NCBI GenBank assembly: GCA_024704765.1
Contig: JAKMXF010000315.1
Coordinates: forward strand, 62,001 to 126,000
Length of the DNA: 64,000 bases
Direction: 5' to 3'
Origin: Oopsacas minuta
Taxonomy: Eukaryota; Animalia; Porifera
Shown here: one piece after another, positions 54,635-64,000 of the stretch
How positions within the stretch are numbered: position 1 is the stretch's first letter
Layout: every line of letters starts with the position of its first letter
Translations under genes and position numbers: made by a program
Notes under the pieces: generated by a model
What the model saw: the letters and a program-made list of their open reading frames with translations, nothing else
The model's database searches: none
What the model was told of the DNA's origin: nothing

Positions 54635-56942
54635 TAGGGTTTCCAATCCCGGGATTGGTTTGCTAAATCCCGGGAATCCCAGGATATGTTCTGAAACTGT
54701 ATTCTGATTAAAATATCACGAGCCATGACTAATGTTTACCAGTTAACGTCTGATACGCTATGAACTTGAATGGCTCCTTTCTTAACTAATAAGATTTCTC
54801 AACCTTACTGTTACTCACTGGTGTCATAATTTCATATGTACCTGAAGTATATGCATTATATAAAACAAAATTAAACCATACTATCATATTTCACTTTGTG
54901 GCCGAGATTAAAGTCATTTACCAAGATTCCGTTGGAACAAATATATGGGAACATTTTAGGCGATTTACATGTGGTAAATTAGCACAATGCAAACTATGCA
55001 AAAAACACTTAAGTGTGAGGGCAGATCAATGAAATGGTTACACATGCATATAAGATCAATTCATCAAATTGAAGTATTAAAGCGAAAGATTACGAACGAA
55101 ACTAACATGAAACTGTCTAAGCAGCCAAATATAAGCGCAGTGAGAACACTTGATTATTACATCAACGATACTAGTCTACCAGCTATTTTGGCAAGAATGA
55201 CAGCTTGTGATGGTCCCTCATTCAATGTTTTCACCACTTCACTTGATATAAGAAGATCCATTAGTGCACTTGGTCACTCAATACCTAAATCTGTTAGTGG
55301 TGTTAGAGATCAAATAGTGAAATATGGACAGCAATTACGCGAAGAGGTAAAGAGATCTATACACATTCCTAAATCAAAAGGTACATATTTCAGCCTGACT
55401 TAGATGAATGGACTTCAGTGCAAATAAAAGATATCTTAATAAAAATATCCACGGTAATGATTCCTTTTGGAACCTTGGTTTAATACGGATAAGGGGTAGA
55501 TTTTCATCTGGAGCATGTTCAAATGTTATCGTGCATAAGCTGAATGAATTTGGAGTGAATTTGGGAAGGATATCGTGGCCATCACAAGAGACGGATGTTC
55601 GATGATGAAAAGTTGGGGCGATCGATAGCAAGTCTTCACCAGTTGTGCTATGCTCATGGACTACAACTTGTGATACAGAACACATTCTATCAGAAGCATA
55701 ATGAGGATATTGAAATATTTAGCGATGACAGTGGAACTGATGATGAAGACAATACGACAACATGAGATGGTGATTGTGATGATGATTTATCTGATGACGG
55801 GTTGGATATTTCAGGGCCACCAGACTCTATAAATGCTCTTGCATTAAATGTGGATATTTTTGATACTGTGAACAAAGTACGAAGAGTTGTGAAAATATTT
55901 GACGTTCGCCTCTTAAGAATGAAACTTTGCAAAAGTATGTCAGAGAAAAATATCCAAATGAACTCAATATGATATTGGATTATAAGACTCGTTGGAGTTC
56001 ACCTGTCAACATGATTGAAAGAATATTACAGATTAAGGTGCCCACACAAAAGCATTGTTAGATCTTAATCAATGTACATAATATACAGATGATGAATTTG
56101 CGCTGATAACTTCTATAGTAGACGCATTGAACCCTATCAAGATGGCTGTAGAAGCTCTATGCCGGCGAGATACAAATTTAATTACAGCTGAAGCAACCAT
56201 AAAATCTCTACCTGACGATATTTACAAAACCAAATCGCATTTTCATAAACAAATACTGGAATCTATTAATCAAAGAATTGTTGAAGAGCGCTACACGGAT
56301 GCTTCCGTAACACTTCAATATCCCCACAACCCATCTATAAAACTCGAAAAGAAGTCAATTGTAGTAATATTTTGTGCTAATTTATTATTAAGAACACGGC
56401 GAGAAGATAAGGAATTTCCAATCAGTGAAGATGGTATAACAGAATCACCATAATCAGAAGTTACTATGGATCCAGAACCAGAAAATATACCTCTATCAAA
56501 GAAATCGTAACTAGCTATAGACGCATCGATGCAAATTCCAAAAAATTCTCTTTCACTTGATAATACAAGTTCACCAACTATGTTAAAACATGAAATTACT
56601 GTTGCAGAGGAAACAAGAAAACGAGGGTACTACTTAGACAAGGTTTATAAATGATGCTGCCAATCCCTGCAACTTCTGTAGAAGCAGAATGTACGTTGTC
56701 ATTATGTACTTATCTCTGCAATAAATTACGTAGCAGACTAGTGATGACTCGCTGGATGTTCTCTGTTTCATAAGGGACAATTTGAAAAAATCAAAATAGA
56801 TTAATAATTCATTATATCCATAATTTCTTTTGTTTTCTGCTGTATTTTTGGATCAGAATATTATAATAACATATGTTAAAAGATAATCATTACAAATGAG
56901 TTACATTAGTAAGACCCGTAAATCCCAGGATTGAAAACCCTA
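54635..56942 (+). mobile_element. full-length defective hAT transposon
   Basis: TIR TAGGGTTTCCAATCCCGGGATT versus its imperfect complement, 8-bp TSD catgagtt / catgggtt, and BED-finger, DDE and dimerisation relics. Confidence 0.9.
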
Positions 56943-57360
56943 CATGGGTTACCAACATGGTCAAATTATTCGGCAATAAATATCATAATTACAAATTTGT
57001 CAGAAATCAAGCAAAAAACGTCAGAAATACAACCTCCAGATAAAATATGTAGTTTCCTCAATTAATTACCATCGTTTTCTACTGGCGAATTATTTCGCTT
57101 ATCTAGCTATTATATACAAGCTTATTTTCCACTAAAGCACCTATTTGTGCCCACAGTGCCCTAATAGAACATAATTAGTTGCACGCAAAAAATACAATTG
57201 TATATTGTCGAAAACAGGAAATACAAGAAAAGGCATACAATAATATAATTGAAAGAACTATTTGACTATGTTAGTTGACAATGTACGTACTAAATCGCAG
57301 GATATTTTTCGAATTACACATTTTCTAGATTGATTTCACTCATCAAATAGATAACAAGCT

Positions 57361-60300
57361 CAGGCACGTAGCTACGGGGGGGCAAGGGGGGCGGTCGCCC
57401 ACCCAAAAGTTTTTCTCGCCCCCCCAGATAAATTTGGAAGTTTTCGTTTTTATATACAATGTAGTTAGCTTATTAGTAATATTGCTCTATTAGCAACCAG
57501 CTTTCGGGTCCCAAACGGGATTATAATGTTAATTTCGTTGCCCTATTAGCAACCAAATCTCTGCAAAATCCGAGTTGCTAATAAGCGAACTCCACTGTAA
57601 TTAATAGTCTATGTACTTCAACTGCATCGTCAAAACTATGAAATTAATAACTCGCGTTGCGATGATGGTTTTAATACTAGACAGGAAGTAACGCTCATTG
57701 ATAGTAAACTTGTTCTATTTTGACAGGCACTGAATTTCTACTATAATTTTAATTGAATTACCACGACCGCTAGTAATTGTTGTCAGAAGTTAGACTGTCC
57801 ATTGAAGTAATTGAAGCATTGGTGATGCTCTTAGGGTTTCAGTTTTCAAAGCTTGTTTTGAAATTTACACATGAGTGAAGCCAATTTCAGATATTCTCTA
57901 TAAGTTATAAAGTCATTCTATATCTCAAATCTTTCACATTTTCTGTTCTTCAATCAGTTCAGTGACTCGTATCTCTAACAATTCTAGATGACTAAAAGAC
58001 TACAACAAAGCAAAGTTCAGGCATATTTTAAAAGAAATCGAATAGAAATCGAAGATCATGTCGTCTCTTCAAATTATGAGGAGGTAGAGCCTGTTGTTAC
58101 GAGTCTTCAAGTTTCGACCCCTTTAACTTCCGATTCTTGTACAACTATTTCAACTCCAAGTTTAAACACGACTCATATACAATCACCAATTGTGACTGTA
58201 AATGATTTGTCCAAAAATGGTGAGAAACCGAGGCAGCCTTCTATTATCTTCCCAAAAAATGAGGCCGGTAGACATTTTAGTACTCATTGGTATGCCCAAT
58301 TCTCCTGGATAGAGTATAGCAAAGAACTCGATGCTATATTTTGCCAACCGTGTCGGCTTTTTGGAGGATCAACAGCTGAAGCAACTTTTTCAACAAAAGG
58401 ACTTTGTGACTGGAGGAAACTTGGCGACAAGTGCAGGAAGCACGATAGTTCTGTGTGTCATATGGCAGCTGTTGAAACACAGAAAGTCTGGGCAATTCAT
58501 CAAATAATAGGGACGGTAGATAAGCAACTGGATCCAAATTTTCGAAATGAGAAATTCATAGATGACAATCGGAAACATTTAATGACTGTTCTTGACATTA
58601 TTACTTCTTGTGCCAAACAAGATATTCCTCTTCGAGGAGATGATGAATCAGATCAGTCGCTTAATAAAGGGAACTTTCTTGAAATATTAGAACTTTTAGG
58701 AAAATATGATAGCAATGTGACCAAGAGGATAGAAAGTCTTCCAGGAAATGAAAAAATGCTAAGTCCAGATATTCATAATGATTTGCTTACATCACTCGCT
58801 TCAGTGCTTCTAGACTATGTTAAAAGTGAAGTAGAAATCGCGTCTTGTTATGCTATTCTAGCTGACGAAGTAAAAGATGCATCTAAGAAGGAGTTGTTAG
58901 GTGCTTCTTTGCGATATATCCATAAAGGTAATGTCCGAGAAAGAGCTATTGGCTTTATTGAATTGAAGGACATGGATGCGGGCACCATCTCTGAAAAACT
59001 GATAGAGCTACTTAAGCCTTTTGAGCTCGATCCTCTGAAATGTGTAGGGCAGGGTTACGACGGGGCTAGTGTTATGTCAGGAATACACGGTGGTGTCCAA
59101 GCCCGCATGAAAGGAGCAGGTTATCGCAATGCCACATATGTTCATTGTGCTTCACATAGGCTTAACTTAGTATTAGCTGCAACTGCTGAACGACATCCTC
59201 TGATGAAATCTTTCTTTGATATATTGGATTTGACGTATTCGTTCATGAATGGAACAAAACGACATGCAGTTTTCATAGACGTCCAGGATGAGCGCTATCC
59301 CAACGTCCAAGCTCTTGAACTTGCACGTTCATGTAGTACTCGTTGGTCTTCCCGTTCTTTGGAGGTGGAAATGTTTCTGCGTCGGTTTGATTGCATACTT
59401 GATACTTTAAGCATATTTGGAAATGATAATGATGCAGACACAAGTTTAGCAGCTAAATCTTTACTAGGTAGTCTACAAACAAAGAAATTTATGACCATCT
59501 TAGTTTACTTTGGTAGGCTGTATGATTACTCTGATTTTTGCGCTAAAGCTTTTCAGAAGTCGACAGCAACTGTTTCTTCTGTTTGATATTACTTGCCGAT
59601 CTGAGGGAAAGGTTGGTCAATTTCGATTTTGTCAAGGTTGTCGAATATGCCAAAGATTTGTCCGGTAAATATGAAATCGAAAATTTTGATGTAAGAGACA
59701 CAATCAGGCAACGGCGTCTTCCAGAAAGGTTTAGAGAAGGATATCTAAATAGCTCTGTTGGACACACAAACGCATCCAACTTTGAAGAGCTTGAAATATT
59801 GTTACGCCAAAATGTCCGCGAGATCTTAGCAGAATTGGATGCTCGTTTTGGTACAGATCAATCAGGCATCATGAAGGCTGCTGATTGCTGCTTACCAAGG
59901 TCTCAAAACTTTCTTAACAAACAGGAATTGAATACACTATCTGAACTGTATGCAATAGATATCAAAGATTGTGAAATAGAAGTTTTCCGTTCGTTTATTG
60001 CTCGGAAAGGTGAATCTCAGCTAAATACTTTGATCGATGTACTGGATGTGATTGACAGATATTTTCCCTGATGTTTTCAACTTATACCAAATTCTTGTGA
60101 CTATCCCTCAGAAGTCTTGCAAGGTTGAGAGAATGTTCTTATCTGTTAAGAGAATAAAAACACGTTTGTGCTCACAAATGACCACTGAGCGTCTCAACCA
60201 TCTTGCCCTGTTATCTATTGAAAAAGATATTGCAGAAACACTTTGTTATAATGATGTGATCGAACATTTTAAGCAGATGAAGCACCGCCGCTTTCTTTTG

Positions 60301-60563
60301 TAATGCCAAATAGTATCCCTGAATTGAGTTTAGTATCTTAATAGATGCTCTTACTATAATGTGGAGATTGTAGACTAATCTAATGCACCCTAGGTTAGTA
60401 ATCTGGTACTTTATGAATTAAAAAGGTTTTTCATGTAAGAAAAGGAGACTGGGTCGTACTTGTTATACACAAGTAATTAACTTTTCAAAAATATTTATCC
60501 CTGCAATTGCCCTCCTGAAATACTTCTTGCCCCCCTGAATGTCTTGCTCTAGCTACGTGCCTG
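57361..60563 (+). mobile_element. near-intact hAT transposon (TTF zinc finger, ZMYM1/P52rIPK-like transposase)
   Basis: Perfect 14-bp TIR CAGGCACGTAGCTA and perfect TSD aacaagct. Transposase at 57988-60303 in three overlapping ORFs (FSWIEYS, LRGDDES, YVHCASHRLNL, TRWSSR, KVERMFLSVKRIK). Confidence 0.95.
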
Positions 60564-60640
60564 AACAAGCTATGATATATTCGACTACTAATTGTCCCAA
60601 TAGTAATGAAATGGAGCAACTCAGATAAAATATTGGCAAT

Positions 60641-60998
60641 CTACGGGTGTGTAATAACCCAAGCATTAATTTTTCGTGTTGATCAGGGCAAATGTTGACT
60701 CATTGGTATTTTCTCATTATTACCGACAAGTGGTAGAAGTGGTACACAACTACAATATTGGCACAAGAATGTAATACAGTTTAAAAATAATTTGAGACTC
60801 TCTTGACAGATTTGGAAATATTTGTATACATGGAAACAAGTCGATTTTTGAAACATATAAATAACATTTGAAGTGGTGCACACACATTTCGAATGTGTCA
60901 CCTCTGCCACTTATGGCAGAAATATGAAAATGCTAATATGTAGTCATGATTTGCTACAACAGTTCGAAATATTCATAATTGGTATTACACACCCGTAG
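60641..60998. mobile_element. 358-bp MITE of unassigned superfamily
   Basis: 16-bp TIR CTACGGGTGTGTAATA flanked by AAT/AAT. A diverged copy lies at about 62540-62840. Confidence 0.7.
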
Positions 60999-63900
60999 AA
61001 TTTGAACATGCTGTTGGAATTGCTCCATCCCAATTTCAATTTGTACAATTGGGGAAAGAATATACTCCTAGCTCATTATCAAAATAATGGGCAAAGTCAG
61101 GCTAGAAAAAAGGTATTGGAAAATATTCACCCATTTCGTCAGGAAATGTTAACTATCCTAGTAAATAGTTCTTTGAGGGATATTATCGTATGCATATTCA
61201 AATATTCATAATATTTCCAGTAGTTACAATTGTATATATTTTGTGATGTGCAACTACAAGTATTCGATTGGTGTATATGAAATTCCACCACAAAAAAAAG
61301 TACAGGGCTAGGAATGGTCGTTTCCACTAAGACACAAGTTACTATTTGCACCAATACCTATATATACTCATGGATTTCTAAACTAACTGGGCTGTCAACT
61401 TATATTTGACACTTTTTTGATGGCCTTTTCTAATTTCTCGAAATATTATTCGGACTGATATTTTTCTAAATTGGTCCCAAAAGGACAATGAAACTTTCAA
61501 GGGCGTGCTGAAAGTTCAGCAAATAAAGTATAACGATTACCGATGGGGGTTAAATTCTTAATACCATATATCCTACCTTGTAACCAAATAATAGAGCAGA
61601 CGGGCAATGCTCTCTCATTGCTACCGTTTAATTAAGTGCAACTTGGTAACTTTACGGTAATTTGAGACTGGAATTGACAATGAGCCGCCCGCTCGCATGC
61701 ATGCTAAGGTAAATATCATGTGAGCTAATCTAAATTTGTCACTAACAGTGACCGTATAATGAGTGTTTCCCCATAGTGCGGTAATAAACGCCCTTTCCCG
61801 ATGAATGGCGTGCTCAGAATATGTAGCCGCATTAAAATAAAATTCTATAAAAGGGGTCTAATGCATGTATACGCGACAGAGGCCCCACACAATCCCTATA
61901 TAATGTAGGAAACCCTGCGTAAAATCATTTATAAATAAGTATTATTTGGGAGTTAAGTGCAATTGTGGCAGTGTTAGTGGATTTTCCATTACAATCTCAT
62001 ATTTTAACTGTTGCCCGGACTAAAGCTACACTACCATCCACATAAGCCTATATAAGATGAGAAGAAGGTAGGACGATCTTGATCCTCTTTAGCTATCTGA
62101 CAAAGATACTTGCCACATAACATTCTATTTGAAATGACCCTTGAAGGTATGAACATAAATACTTATATCTAATAATATGAGTGTTGAAAATTATTGTTCC
62201 CTATAGTCATATATTAGGCTAATTATCAAACAATTTGCAATCACTACTACAAAAATCAATCGAATTTTCTAATTTCTAACTACCCAAGTCACGAATATGG
62301 TGAGTATTTGATTATCCATACGATAATACGCCTGAAAGAACTCTATGACTGTGTTCACATTTTCTTAAAACAATCCCTGAAAGAATTTGGAATAATATTT
62401 TCTAGCCACATTTTGCTCATCAAATGGATGTTGAGCTAAGTACACAAAAATCAATTGAGATTGAAAATTTCTGATAACATGTTTCAATTCCAAGGGTCTA
62501 TACTAACCTACTATGAATATTTCGACTTATGTAAGAGCATATCTAGTTGACTTTCAAGTAAAGAATATTTAAGACACTTGTGGGTGAATTGGCACACCAC
62601 TAGAATATTGGTATCAAAATGGATTAAGTAGGAAAATGATTTGAAATTCTCTAATTGACTTGCAAATATTTGTATAGTTAAAGATAAGTCGATTATTGCA
62701 CCATTTTCATTCACATACGAAGTGCCGTACACAGATTTGATTTATCCTACTTGTGGCACATATTTATAAGTGCTATATACCAATACAACTTTCTGTAAAC
62801 TGTTCGAAATAATCTTACTAAGAAATACCGACCCGTAGAAATAAAGAATTATCACAAAATTGTTCTATCAAATATGACTTATTCCCTAATCATCATCTAT
62901 CGAATGAGTATTATGGTGGGTATTTATTCACATATAAATGTGACAATTTAGATATTGTTTAGAATTTCATTAGTATCAATCTATCTGGATAATACATCAA
63001 AATATGGTGATAACATCATAATTTGGTAATAAAATGATATGCATTCATGAATGTAAATAGTTATATTATCTTATAATTACAATTCTTTAATCAATTTTCT
63101 ATACGTTAATTGATTAAATGACCAATCATGTTCTATTGGAAAGTCCCTAGTTGAGATTTGTAATTCAACAAAATTTACAAGCTAACACGGAATCAACATT
63201 ATAGAATTTGAAGGTAATGTACAAATCTTTTCAGTCATATCCATTTAACAATTTTCCCCAGAAGATCTTTTATGCTTGGATCACCAAGAAGAGTATATCA
63301 TAAATCTCTAAATTATTCTGAAGGCTGAAATTCTGAATAACTTCAGCAAAATATATTATCAGGAGAACTCAATATAATCCAGTCCAGACCGCTTCATTGC
63401 TCTCAACTCATTATGATGTTCCACGCACGTTACTATCATTCAAGATGAAAAGGATGAACTTTAAATGTTGTATCATGATAGAGATATAGATATACAAACG
63501 GGAAACGAAGGACTTGATAAGCTAGGATGCTCACTTCAAATTCTAGAGATAATGATATGGCTTCTTTCTCAATGAGAATCAAAAGATTAAGCATGTTCAG
63601 CTACCAGCTAATGAAGATGTCTCAAATCAATGTTATCATAATGACGAAGTAAATTCCTTCATCAATTTGTACCATTTAAAAGTTCAAATATATGGATGTA
63701 ATGGTAATACAATTAAGAAACAGTTGCAAGCATCATCCAAACACAATTCTGTTGATTTTAACTGTGGTGTATTCAAGTAAGTGCGGGTGTAGTTAGAAAA
63801 TTGAATACAGAAGAAGAAAATTTAGTAAATCATCACTGACAATATTGTAAAGAATTCTCAACAATGAAATCAATGAACTCACTCGACAAGTTTACCAAAT

Positions 63901-64000
63901 TATGAAACATTTCGCTTATTGCCCAGGAGAAGATATACATAGAATCTATAAATGTTGATAATTTCCGTGTCGATAGGCAAAAATGTGTGCTTTTCTTGAA

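Noticed and set aside
1391-60563. Orientation bias of transposases relative to SMG1
   Set aside because: Roughly 9 minus versus 7 plus, so no clear bias.
62511-62732. ORF with faint resemblance to the SMG1 N-terminus (FASQLENF...DTNILVV)
   Set aside because: The DNA aligns with the MITE at 60641-60998, and no phase-consistent splice path was found.

Overview
AT-rich eukaryotic (metazoan-like) genomic DNA with no prokaryotic features, RNA genes or CRISPR arrays recognised. The window lies inside a minus-strand gene for the NMD PIKK kinase SMG1. Five exons (49772-49996, 34290-35653, 13843-14140, 13544-13791, 8879-9635) splice via GT-AG sites in consistent phase and resemble the N-terminal HEAT region of vertebrate SMG1 as I recall it. 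The kinase domain must lie outside the window. The introns measure 14.1 kb, 20.1 kb, 51 bp and 3.9 kb. The three large introns and both flanking regions are packed with class II transposons and their relics: mariner, maT/DD37D, pogo/Tigger, several hAT lineages, a P/THAP element and MULE. They also hold many MITEs and long palindromic foldback elements, often nested. The most interesting signals are: repeat pairs with near-identical cores but diverged ends (gene conversion or polishing artefact), a clean internal inversion in a maT element, several long inverted repeats inside one pre-mRNA, and an unclassified MITE with a 3-bp TSD. I found no convincing new multi-gene system. All homology calls come from motif recognition, not database searches.
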